Assembly (NCBI GenBank): GCA_963662335.2
Contig: CAXXVD010000003.1
Coordinates: forward strand, 192,001 to 256,000
DNA length: 64,000 nucleotides
Source of the DNA: Chloroflexota bacterium
GTDB taxonomy: Bacteria; Chloroflexota; UBA11872; VXOZ01
Reading direction: 5' to 3'
In this document: positions 1 through 8,722 of the stretch, one piece after another
How the letters are laid out: each line of letters starts with the position of its first letter
Numbering within the stretch: the stretch's first letter is position 1
Made by a program: the position numbers and the translations under genes
Notes under the pieces: generated by a model
Seen by the model: only the letters and a program-made list of their open reading frames with translations
Told to the model about the DNA's origin: nothing
Database searches by the model: none

Positions 1-770
1 GTGGCGATCACGCTCACGACGCCCTCTTTCGTCGGCTTCATGGCGCGTCCCAGTCCCATGCTCTGGCGGGCCGCCGCGTCAATGAGCGCGCGGCGGCCGG
101 CGATCACGCCGGCCGTAAAGCCGTTCAGGTGCTTCTGGTCGCTGAAGACCACCGCCGCCGCCCCTTGCTCCAGCAGTTCCCGCGCCAGGAACGCCTCCGC
201 CGCGCCGTCCACGATCACCGGCACCCCGTGCGCGTCCGCCACCGCCACGAACTCGGCGAACGAAAGCTGGCCGTGCTGCACGGTGTGGTGCGAGAGCACG
301 TAGACCGCCGCCGCCGTATTGGCGGTGATGGCGCGGGCCATGTGGTCGGGCAGGGCGCGGTTCGCCTCGCCGAACTCGATTGCGGTCGCGCCGCTCATGC
401 GGATCATCTGGGTGACCGGCGCGCCAAAATTGACGGCGTGGCCCTTCTGGATGATTACCTCGTGCTTCATGCCGGTGGTGTCGGGCAGGCTGAGCACCCG
501 GCCCAGGTCGTCGCCGGTCATGGCGCCGGCGCAGGTCACGGTAATGCCGGCCGCGGCGCAGTGGGTCACCGTGCCGGCCTCCGCGCCGGTCGCCTCGGCA
601 ATCGCCGCGTCCGCCACCCCCAGCAACTCCGGCATCTCGACGAATTCCGACATGGCTTCCGCCACCCGGCTTACAACTTCCGGCGGCACCGCCGCCGCGC
701 CCAAATGGGTCATCTTGCCGCAGGCGTTGATGATGGGCGTCAACCCGTACCGTTCGTGAAAGCGAGACAT
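1..770 (-). CDS. SelA-like PLP-dependent enzyme (DgaE / D-glucosaminate-6-P ammonia-lyase-like), 3' end outside window
   Basis: Not in ORF track (runs off edge). Manual minus-strand translation from ATG 770: MSRFHERYGLTPIINACGKMTHLG...IIQKGHAVNFGAPVTQMIRMSGA...VPVIVDGAAE...FSDQK...GRAMKPTKEG; purine-rich RBS AGAGGAAGAG upstream. Confidence 0.8.
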   Translation of the reverse strand, partial: MSRFHERYGLTPIINACGKMTHLGAAAVPPEVVSRVAEAMSEFVEMPELLGVADAAIAEATGAEAGTVTHCAAAGITVTCAGAMTGDDLGRVLSLPDTTGMKHEVIIQKGHAVNFGAPVTQMIRMSGATAIEFGEANRALPDHMARAITANTAAAVYVLSHHTVQHGQLSFAEFVAVADAHGVPVIVDGAAEAFLARELLEQGAAAVVFSDQKHLNGFTAGVIAGRRALIDAAARQSMGLGRAMKPTKEGVVSVIA

Positions 771-987
771 CTCTTCCTCTTTCCTGTGGCCAAAGCGAAA
801 TCCTCTGCCGGCGCGCAACGCGGGCCGCGAATCGCGCTTGTTCTCTCTGCGTATGGAGACCCTTCACCGTGCCTCTAGTGTAGGCGCGCGCAAGAGGGGA
901 AACAACCCCGCGTTCTGCGTGTAGAGCGGCACGGCGGCAGACTGGCCGGCATCTGGCGAAGGCAATTGCGGCTTTTCGGCATTTGAT

Positions 988-1016
988 TTGACTTTTGGCG
1001 CGCAATCGTGCACAAT
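988..1016 (+). promoter_or_regulatory. sigma70-type promoter for solute-binding protein gene
   Basis: TTGACT-17 nt-CACAAT, ~45 nt upstream of ATG 1062. Confidence 0.5.
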
Positions 1017-1061
1017 TTCAGTTTGGTGACGTGTTCGCAAGCAAAGAATAAGGAGAAGTGG

Positions 1062-2471
1062 ATGAACACAAGCACCGTGGGTAGCAGTATCACCCGCAGA
1101 ACCATGCTTGGCGGCTTTGCCGTCGGCGCCGGAGCCGTGCTGGCCGCCGCGTGCGGCGCAGGCGCCGCCGCGCCCGCCGAGGAAGCGCCCGCAGAAGAGC
1201 AGGCAGAGCAGAAGGCCGAGACCGCGGCGCCTAAGGCCGAGCCGGTCAACATTCTCTACCTCACCTACACGCGGCCGGCCCGCAACGAGGCCGAGCAGGC
1301 GCTGTATGGCGGTTTCCAGGAAGCCAACCCGGACATCAAGTTGGACATCAAGATCGTGGATGGCGGCGGCACCGGCGTGCGCCAGAACATTCCGATTCTC
1401 TTTGCCGCCGGCACCCCCGTGGGCCTCTTCGAGAACACCTGGGGCACCTGGCTGCAGTTCGTGGAGGGCGAACTGATCGCCCCGCTGACGCCGCTCATGG
1501 CCCGCGACGGGATCGATCCCTACGAGGCGTTCATCGCCGAGGGCGTGGACTTCGTCTCGAACCAGGGCGTGACCTGGGGCTTCCCGGCCAGCATGTCCGT
1601 GGACACGTGGGCCTACAACAAGAACATCTTCGACGAGGCAGGCGTGCCCTATCCGCCGTCCGACCCGGCCGACGAGAGTTGGACGATGGAAGCGTACATC
1701 GACGCCATGGAGAAGCTGACCAAGGGCACCGAGCAGTTCGGTATGCGCCGCGGCTACACCGGCTTCAACACCTTTGGCATCGGCGACGGCACCTTCTTCG
1801 GCGGCCTGGCCTGGGACGCCGAGAACAACAAGGCGACCATGAACAACGATCACTACGTCCAGGGCATCAACTTCTGGATCGACATCGTGGACAAGTTCCG
1901 CGTGATGCCGACGGGCGACGAGCATGCCGCGATCGTTGGTGGCAGGAGCGGCCATCCGTTCTTCACCACCGGCGCTTTTGGCATCTCCGTGATGTTCGTG
2001 GTGCCGCCGGAAGCCAAGGAAGCGGCGTTCGACTGGGGCATTGGCGCGCTGGCGTATACCGGTGATCCGCCAAACCACTCCGGCCGCCACTACACGCACG
2101 CGGTCTTCGCGGGCAACACCGACCACGTCGACCAGACGTGGGAAGTGATGAAGTGGTTCCTGCAGGGCGAGAACGGCCTCACCTACCTCGAGGTCACCGG
2201 CCACGTGGTAACGCCCATGCGGCATCTCTTCGACAAGGCCAAGACGCACTGGGAAGACAAGTACGACGGCAAGGTGGACGGCACCACGTACTTCCTGGAG
2301 GCCCAGCACACGCCGCAGTCCGGTCACGGCATGTTGAAGTACTCCAACTTCTACGACGTCCGCGACGTGCTGCAGCCCGTCTACAACAGCGTGCGCGCGC
2401 GCGAGGCTTCGATCGAGGAATTCCTGCCCTTCGCCGAGACGACGATCAACGAGCAACTCAAGGTCGAGTAG
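1062..2471 (+). CDS. ABC transporter extracellular solute-binding protein (sugar-type), Tat lipoprotein
   Basis: TRRTMLGG Tat motif + LAAC lipobox; AAGTP, YNKNIFDEAGVPYP, WT motifs; RBS AAGGAG. Confidence 0.85.
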   Translation: MNTSTVGSSITRRTMLGGFAVGAGAVLAAACGAGAAAPAEEAPAEEQAEQKAETAAPKAEPVNILYLTYTRPARNEAEQALYGGFQEANPDIKLDIKIVDGGGTGVRQNIPILFAAGTPVGLFENTWGTWLQFVEGELIAPLTPLMARDGIDPYEAFIAEGVDFVSNQGVTWGFPASMSVDTWAYNKNIFDEAGVPYPPSDPADESWTMEAYIDAMEKLTKGTEQFGMRRGYTGFNTFGIGDGTFFGGLAWDAENNKATMNNDHYVQGINFWIDIVDKFRVMPTGDEHAAIVGGRSGHPFFTTGAFGISVMFVVPPEAKEAAFDWGIGALAYTGDPPNHSGRHYTHAVFAGNTDHVDQTWEVMKWFLQGENGLTYLEVTGHVVTPMRHLFDKAKTHWEDKYDGKVDGTTYFLEAQHTPQSGHGMLKYSNFYDVRDVLQPVYNSVRAREASIEEFLPFAETTINEQLKVE

Positions 2472-2529
2472 GACAGGAACCGGCAACCGGACGCTTGCTT
2501 TTGCGAGCGTGTGGAAGTGTTCGACAAAG

Positions 2530-2561
2530 AAGGAGGGTCACCCAATGGGTGGCCCTCCTTT
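2530..2561 (+). terminator. hairpin, probable intrinsic terminator
   Basis: AAGGAGGGTCACCCA / TGGGTGGCCCTCCTT inverted repeat ~60 nt after SBP stop. Confidence 0.55.
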
Positions 2562-2571
2562 GGTATATCCA

Positions 2572-2777
2572 GGGACCTCTGAACAAGTACATGGCATAAC
2601 TTATGCCAGCAAGGAAGTGTCTCGAGTGGAGGAGAAAGGCATTGGAGCAGCCGTCGTTTGCGGAGACGGAGTACGCGCAGAAGAAGCGCAAGTCCCGACG
2701 GGAGAAGTTCTTGGAGCGCATGGACGAGCCCGCACACCACTATCACCCTAGCCAATACCGACTTGCTCAGACCTTCC
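2572..2777 (+). mobile_element. Internally deleted IS5-family element (MITE-like, ~205 bp)
   Basis: Left end GGGACCTCTGAACAAGT; right end reverse complement GGAAGGTCTGAGCAAGT followed by CTAG; encodes only the IS5 transposase N-terminus EQPSFAETEYAQKKRKSRREKFLERMD. Confidence 0.75.
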
Positions 2778-2794
2778 CTAGTCTATTTAGGCTT

Positions 2795-3327
2795 TCACCA
2801 TCCCGCGCCCAAGGCAAAGCATAGATCTCCCGTCGCCGCAGCGACCCTCAACGTCATATCGGACGTTGGTGTAGGTGTGCGCGCAGGAGTGGTTGTGGCT
2901 TCAGGCGTTGCAATCAGTGTAGGCGCGGGCACCGGAGTGGCTGTGGAATCGGCCGCTGAAATCAGTGTAGCGTGAGCACAGGGGTAGCGCTCCCGCCGCC
3001 GGGGACGTAGTCCGGCTCCCAGGGGAAGCGTTCTGTGTTCAGCCGCTGTTACAGGCCGTTGGGGCCGTTGATCCAGGTGCGGTAGCCGTCGGTGAAGGCG
3101 GTCCAGTTGTCGGCCTTGCGCCAGACCAGCAGGCCGCCGGTGGTCTGTTGTACGCTATCGTCGGTGGCGTTGTAGTGCTCGTTCTCCAGGCATTCGCCCA
3201 CCACGTCGTGGCCGACCAGGTCGCGCAAGGTCTTGAAGCCGAGGACGAATTGGCACTCCGCCGCCGAGAGGGTAGCCGGTACAAGCAGGGTCAGGGCAAG
3301 GGCAAAGAACACCGCGAGACGCTTCAT
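2795..3327 (-). pseudogene. Pseudogene of secreted protein with conserved [12 protein letters not shown] N-terminal module, Pro/Thr linker and truncated possible ankyrin-like cargo
   Basis: Signal peptide + module homologous to 36153-37598 and 37659-39851; TAA at 3049-3051 interrupts NGL*QRLNTERFPWE; 1-bp frameshift near 2970; ends TLRVAAATGDL shortly before the IS5 element. Confidence 0.75.
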
Positions 3328-3838
3328 GGGCGCTCCTCCAGCCCCCTGGCGGCAGTGGACACGGCCACGCTGCTTGCTCTGTCACCTACGCAAGGCATAT
3401 GGGCTAGACAGGTCAACTGCGGTTCACGTCTATAGAGTATCTGGCTAGATGGATAATTTCAATAGTTTAAATGGAAGTGATATAGAGAATAGGCTCCCTT
3501 TGGATAGTTTCAGACCGGGGCGCGGCGTCTGCGGGTGGCAGATGCCTGATATCGCCCCTGCGCACGCTCTTCATACGCGCCATCACGTTGCAGCAAGAGT
3601 CCTGTCACAGACTTCCACATCGACAAGAGAACCCTGCGTACCTCCGTCATTCTCACGAAAGCGGGAATCCAGTCGCACCGTCCGCTGCGGCGCGCCGCCC
3701 TAGCGGCTAGGGTCATAGGCAGGATGGCGCGCATGACGGCACGTTGAGCCGCGCCGCTGCTATGGCGTATAGTGGTACATGAGATATTTTCCCGTTGCAA
3801 CGTAACCCAGCATGAGAGAGTGAGCAAGGACCCTTCGC

Positions 3839-4132
3839 ATGGGCGTAAAAGTCTACATTCCCACACCGTACCGCCGCTTCACCGGCAACCAGTCGCGGGT
3901 GGAGATTGAAGCGGCGACCGTGGCGCAACTCTTGCAGGAGCTCGAGCAGCAGTTCCCCGGCATCGGCGCGCAGATCGCGGACGAAAACGGCGACATTCCC
4001 GGCTACCTCAACGTCTACGTCAACTCGGAAGAGGTGCGCACGCTCCAGGGCAAAGATACCGCGCTTACGGACGGCGACGAGGTCTCGGTGATACCCGCCA
4101 TGGCCGGGGGCGCACGCGCGCTGGGCAGGTAA
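3839..4132 (+). CDS. MoaD/ThiS/CysO-family ubiquitin-like sulfur carrier
   Basis: VKVYIPT...NVYVNSEEVR.LQGKDTALTDGDEVSVIPAMAGG beta-grasp signature, followed by ARALGR. Confidence 0.85.
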   Translation: MGVKVYIPTPYRRFTGNQSRVEIEAATVAQLLQELEQQFPGIGAQIADENGDIPGYLNVYVNSEEVRTLQGKDTALTDGDEVSVIPAMAGGARALGR

Positions 4133-4167
4133 CCCATTTGCCGCGAACATGGCCGTTAGGTGAATGC

Positions 4168-5463
4168 ATGATTCCCCGCTATACCCGTCCCCAGATGGGC
4201 GCGATTTGGTCTGAGGAGCGCAAGTTCGCCACGTGGCTCCAGGTGGAACTTGCCGTGTGCGCGGCCTGGGCCGAGCACGGCAAGGTGCCGGCGGAAGACA
4301 TGGCAAAGCTGCGCGAGGCGCGGACGCCGTCCCTGGAGCGCATCGCGGAAATCGAGCGCGAGATCGACCACGACCTGAACGCCTTTCTGATGGCGGTGGC
4401 CGAGCAACTGGGCGACGAAAGCCGTTTTCTCCACCTGGGTTTAACGTCGTACGACGTGGAGGATACGGCCACCGGCATCCGCTTGCGCGACGCCGCCGAC
4501 CTGCTGCTGGCGGGTATCGACGCCTTGAGCCGCGTGCTCGAGGCGGCGGCCGTCGCCTATAAGGATCTGCCGCAGATTGGGCGCACCCACGGCGTGCAGG
4601 CCGAGCCGATTTCGTTCGGCTACAAGCTGCTGGTGTGGGTGGACGAGATGCGCCGCAACCGCCAGCGGTTGGCAGCGGCGCGGGCGCAGGTGGCAGTGGG
4701 CAAGATTTCCGGCGCGGTGGGTACCCACGCCAACGTGCCGCCGGCAATCGAGGACCGGGTGTGCGCCAGTCTCGGCCTGGCGGTCGCGCCCACCTCCACG
4801 CAGATCATCCAGCGCGACCGCCACGCCGATTTTGTCACGACGCTGGCGGTGATAGCCGCTTCACTTGAAAAATTCGCCACCGAAATTCGCAATCTCCAGC
4901 GCACCGAGGTCTTGGAGGTGGAGGAGCCGTTCGAGGCCGGGCGCGTGGGGTCGTCCGCCATGCCCCACAAGCGCAATCCCGCCCGCTGCGAACGCATCTG
5001 CGGCCTGGCGCGCCTGCTGCGCTCCTATGCGCTCACGGCCCTGGAGAACGTGGCGCTCTGGCACGAGCGCGACATCACCAACTCCGCGCCGGAACGGGTT
5101 GTTCTTCCCGATTCCTGCATCATCCTCGACTATATGCTCGACCTCTTCACCCGCGTGATGGCGGATCTGCGCGTCTACCCCGCAAACATGGCGCGCAACC
5201 TGGCGCAGACCCGCGGCCTGGTCTATAGCGAGGGTGTGCTGCTGGCCCTGATCGACACGGGGCTTACCCGCCAGGCCGCCTACGCCATCGTGCAGGAGCA
5301 CGCTACCGCGGCCTGGGAAACGGGCGCGGACTTCGGCGCGCTGCTGAAAGGCGATGCGCGGGTGCGGGCCCGCCTGGACGAGGATGAGATCGACGCGCTC
5401 TTCGACGCGCGCCACCACCTGCGCAATATCGCGGCGTCTTACGAGCGGATGGGGTTGTCGTAG
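4168..5463 (+). CDS. purB: adenylosuccinate lyase
   Basis: MIPRY start, HLGLTSYD, GRTHG, GSSAMPHKRNP signature, LWHERDI. Confidence 0.95.
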   Translation: MIPRYTRPQMGAIWSEERKFATWLQVELAVCAAWAEHGKVPAEDMAKLREARTPSLERIAEIEREIDHDLNAFLMAVAEQLGDESRFLHLGLTSYDVEDTATGIRLRDAADLLLAGIDALSRVLEAAAVAYKDLPQIGRTHGVQAEPISFGYKLLVWVDEMRRNRQRLAAARAQVAVGKISGAVGTHANVPPAIEDRVCASLGLAVAPTSTQIIQRDRHADFVTTLAVIAASLEKFATEIRNLQRTEVLEVEEPFEAGRVGSSAMPHKRNPARCERICGLARLLRSYALTALENVALWHERDITNSAPERVVLPDSCIILDYMLDLFTRVMADLRVYPANMARNLAQTRGLVYSEGVLLALIDTGLTRQAAYAIVQEHATAAWETGADFGALLKGDARVRARLDEDEIDALFDARHHLRNIAASYERMGLS

Positions 5464-5575
5464 TTGCCCACTCCCCCGGCGGTGGGCAAGAAACCGGGTA
5501 CCTGCGGTTCAGCGGGCGCAGATGTCGAGACCAACCCCCCGTCACCGCATACCGGGGTAGGGCACGCCGCAACGG

Positions 5576-5737
5576 GCGGGGGACAAGCCCCCGCGCTACG
5601 TTTCGTCATTGCCATGAAAACAGCGTGACCAAGCCGTTCGCCCTGAGCAGGGTCGAAGGGTGAACGGCAAAGGAAGCGGGTAACGGCATTCAAAACTTCT
5701 CTCTCCGTTCATGCTTCGACTTGCTCAGCACGAACGG
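5576..5737. repeat. REP-like palindrome cluster (family A GTAGCGCGGGGGCTTGTCCCCCGC; family C CCGTTCGCCCTGAGC..GTCGAAG)
   Basis: Family A at 5576-5599; family C at ~5633-5668 and ~5705-5737, between convergent purB and VOC genes. Confidence 0.8.
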
Positions 5738-5745
5738 CTCGCCGC

Positions 5746-6540
5746 CTACCCGTCGTGAGGCTCCGGCTCGATGAGGGTGCAATAGGCCCCTTGCGGATCG
5801 CACACGAAGGCGAACCGCCCAACGCCGTCCACCGCCATTGCGGGTGAAATCTGCTGCCCGCCGAGGTCTTGCAATTGCGCGAGCGCAGCGTCCAAGTCGC
5901 CCACGGCAAGGTAGACCGACCAGTTGGGCGGCATCGGCTCCCACTCCTCGCGAATCGCCATCATGCCGGCGGCCGGCTGGCCGCCGAGGCTGAACAGATT
6001 GTACTCGCCGCCGTCGCCGCTCCGGGTCTTCTCCGCCGACCAGCCGAAGAGGCCCGCGTAGAATTGCGCGGCGGCCGCGGTGTCATGGGTATAGAGTTCG
6101 TTCCAGGCCAGCGCGCCGGGCTCGCCAAAGACCTCGGCGCCGATCTGCGTGCGGGGCTGCCAGACCGCGAACGTCCCGCCGGTGGGGTCTTGGCCCACCA
6201 CCATGCGGCCCGCGTCCATGACGTCCAGCGGCGCTTGCGCCACGTTGCCGCCCAACGCCGCGATGCGGGCCGCCGTCTCGTCGGCGCTCTCCACCGTGAA
6301 GTAGCTCTGCCACACCGGCCGGCCGCCGGTCATTTGCTTCAACTCTGCCGGCATGTCGTAGAGCGCAAAGGCCTTCCGGCCTCCATTCAGCAGGATGCTA
6401 TAGCCCATGGCGTCGCCCATCGCTATGTCGAACGCTTGCAGCCCCAGGAGCGCGGTATAGAATTGCTTGGAGCCGGCCAGGTCGGGCGTGCCCAGGTCGG
6501 CCCAACTGAACATGCCGGGGGTATGCTTGCTTACGTCCAT
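5746..6540 (-). CDS. VOC family (glyoxalase/bleomycin resistance) two-domain protein
   Basis: PGMFSWADLGTPD...FYTALLG, WQSYFTVES, DPTGGTFAVWQP, WNEL, DPQGA; ATG at 6540. Confidence 0.9.
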   Translation of the reverse strand: MDVSKHTPGMFSWADLGTPDLAGSKQFYTALLGLQAFDIAMGDAMGYSILLNGGRKAFALYDMPAELKQMTGGRPVWQSYFTVESADETAARIAALGGNVAQAPLDVMDAGRMVVGQDPTGGTFAVWQPRTQIGAEVFGEPGALAWNELYTHDTAAAAQFYAGLFGWSAEKTRSGDGGEYNLFSLGGQPAAGMMAIREEWEPMPPNWSVYLAVGDLDAALAQLQDLGGQQISPAMAVDGVGRFAFVCDPQGAYCTLIEPEPHDG

Positions 6541-6651
6541 TGTCACCTCTGTTTGGTTGCGCGTAGCGCCGCGTACGCTGAAAAGACCCACACAGTATAT
6601 AGTAGAGTTTGCAGGCGAGAACTGGCAATCAGACTGGAGAGGACGGCCACC

Positions 6652-7533
6652 ATGGACGACGTAATCCTGGAAACGGCGCTGCCGGCGCCCCGCTACGCCC
6701 GCGGCAAAGTGCGCGACATGTACGACCTGGGCGACCGGTTGCTCATCGTCACCACTGACCGCATCTCGGCCTTCGACGTGGTGCTGCCCATGGGCATTCC
6801 CGCCAAGGGCCGGGCGCTCAATCAACTCTCCGCCTTCTGGTTCCGGCGCATGGGGCATCTAGTTCCCAACCACCTGCTCAGCGCCGACCCGGCGGCGTAC
6901 CCGGCAGAATTGCAGGCGCACGGCGCGGTGCTGGCGGGACGCAGCATGATGGTGAAGAAGGCGGAGCGCATCGACGCTGAGTGCGTGGTGCGCGGCTACC
7001 TGGCCGGTTCCGGCTGGCGCGACTACGTCCGCACCGGCGCGGTCTGCGGCCACGAACTGCCGCCGGGCCTGCTGGAAAGCCAGGAGTTGCCTGAGCCAAT
7101 CTTCACCCCCGCCACCAAAGCCGATAGCGGCCACGACGAGAATATCACCCGCGAACAGTTGGCGGCGCAAATCGGCGCGGACCTGGCGGCAAAACTGGAA
7201 GCAGTCTCCCTCGCCATCTATGAGTTCGGGCGCGCCGAGGCCCAAAAGGCAGGCTTGATCGTGGCGGACACCAAGTTCGAGTTCGGCCTCTACGAGGGCG
7301 AAATCATGCTGATCGACGAGGCGTTTACGCCGGATTCATCGCGCTACTGGGACATCGACACCTACGCGCCCGGCCGCCCCCAACCCAGCTACGATAAGGA
7401 ATTCGTCCGCGCCTGGCTGCGCGAGAGCGGCTGGAACATGGAACCGCCCGCGCCTACGCTGCCGGACGACATCATCCAGAAGACCAGCGAGAAATACCAG
7501 GAAGCCCTGCGGCGCATCACGGCCATCGCCTGA
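6652..7533 (+). CDS. purC: SAICAR synthase
   Basis: GKVRDMY, TDRISAFD, ECVVRGYLAGSGW, ADTKFEFG, TPDSSRYW, DKEFVR. Confidence 0.95.
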   Translation: MDDVILETALPAPRYARGKVRDMYDLGDRLLIVTTDRISAFDVVLPMGIPAKGRALNQLSAFWFRRMGHLVPNHLLSADPAAYPAELQAHGAVLAGRSMMVKKAERIDAECVVRGYLAGSGWRDYVRTGAVCGHELPPGLLESQELPEPIFTPATKADSGHDENITREQLAAQIGADLAAKLEAVSLAIYEFGRAEAQKAGLIVADTKFEFGLYEGEIMLIDEAFTPDSSRYWDIDTYAPGRPQPSYDKEFVRAWLRESGWNMEPPAPTLPDDIIQKTSEKYQEALRRITAIA

Positions 7534-7543
7534 AGCGACGCGG

Positions 7544-8722
7544 CTACGCGGACGGCTCGCTCCGGCGGCGGGCTTCCCTGTACACCGCCAGGGTGTGCTC
7601 CGCGATGCGCGGCCAGGAGAAGTGTTGGGCGAATTGCCGGGCGGCTGTGCCAAGGGCTTCCGCCAGCGCGCGGTCTTGGTAGAGGCTTTGCAGCGCGTTG
7701 CTCAGGGCCGGCGGGTCGTCGGGCGTCACGAGCAGCAGGGCGCCGCTCTCTTGTAGTTCCGGCGTGGGCCGCTGGGGATGGGTCGTGACCACCGGCAGGC
7801 CGTGGGCGAGGGCCGTGAGCAGACTCGTGCGGCGCAGCGACGCCCCATCCGTGAACGGCAGGGCCAGCGCGTCGCAGGTTGCCAACGCGCGGGAAGCGTC
7901 CGCCGCCTCCAAATAGCCCGTGCTGAGCAGAATGTCCCCCATGTCCAGATCCAATCTGCGGATGAGGCGCTCCAGGCGCTCTTTGTAGACGGCGTTCGTC
8001 GGATCGCTGTCACCCACGCTGCCGCCCACGATGAGCGCTTGCACGGGGATGTCCTGAGCGCGCAGCCGGCGCACCGCCGCGAAGAGCGTGTCGAGACCTT
8101 TCGTGTGATTGACGAAGCCAAAGAACCCTACCAAGAAGGCGTCCGGGGCGACGCCGCATTCGGCGCGGAGCGTTTGTCGTTCGTCAGCGGTGATGGGGAC
8201 GACGGGGACGGCGGGCCCCGCGCCGATTTGGTGCGTCGGCGCGTCGGACTCGACGGCGGCGCCCCACCGCTCCCGGTCTTCCTGCGTGGTGAAGATGAGC
8301 GCGTCGCTGTGGCGGCCCAGCGCGTGGGTCACCCAGCGGCGCAGCCGGCCCGCCTTGGGAAAGAGATACGGCTCGCGCAGGTCGTGAAACGTGGTGACCA
8401 CGGCCGGGCGCGGCGTGGCGCGGCGGAGATACCAGGGCAGCAGGTTGACGGCCGGCTTGAGGTCGAAGGCGGCGGTCTGGTATTGCACGTGCACCACGTC
8501 GATGCGGCGCTCGTCGATGATCTGCCGCGCCACGCCCCAGAAGGGAAAGCCCCACGTGCCCACCACGGGATGCACGCTGCGTTCGGCGCTGGCGCACGCG
8601 GCGTCGGTGAGCACCTCGCTGGTCACTTCCAGCGCCCGCAGTTCCACCCGCAACGCCGCCGTGTAGTCGGCAATGCCGCCTTGAAGCGGCGGGTACTCGC
8701 CTGTGATGAAGAGGACGCGCAT
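7544..8722 (-). CDS. glycosyltransferase family 4
   Basis: MRVLFITGEYPPLQGGIADYT, TTFHD, FFGFVNHTKG, ALAHGLPVVTT, FSWPRIA. Confidence 0.9.
   Translation of the reverse strand: MRVLFITGEYPPLQGGIADYTAALRVELRALEVTSEVLTDAACASAERSVHPVVGTWGFPFWGVARQIIDERRIDVVHVQYQTAAFDLKPAVNLLPWYLRRATPRPAVVTTFHDLREPYLFPKAGRLRRWVTHALGRHSDALIFTTQEDRERWGAAVESDAPTHQIGAGPAVPVVPITADERQTLRAECGVAPDAFLVGFFGFVNHTKGLDTLFAAVRRLRAQDIPVQALIVGGSVGDSDPTNAVYKERLERLIRRLDLDMGDILLSTGYLEAADASRALATCDALALPFTDGASLRRTSLLTALAHGLPVVTTHPQRPTPELQESGALLLVTPDDPPALSNALQSLYQDRALAEALGTAARQFAQHFSWPRIAEHTLAVYREARRRSEPSA

Noticed and set aside
864-2486. Long antisense ORFs (also 8944-10446, 12498-13724, 33306-34778, 39954-41318, 49702-51288, 54038-55393)
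   Set aside because: Shadow frames of GC3-rich genes on the opposite strand; no recognisable motifs.
5869-6651. N-terminal extensions of purC and others given in the ORF track (also 8723-9298, 13692-13805, 19987-20100, 27591-28115)
   Set aside because: These overlap real genes or REP DNA; family homology begins at the downstream starts used in the feature list.
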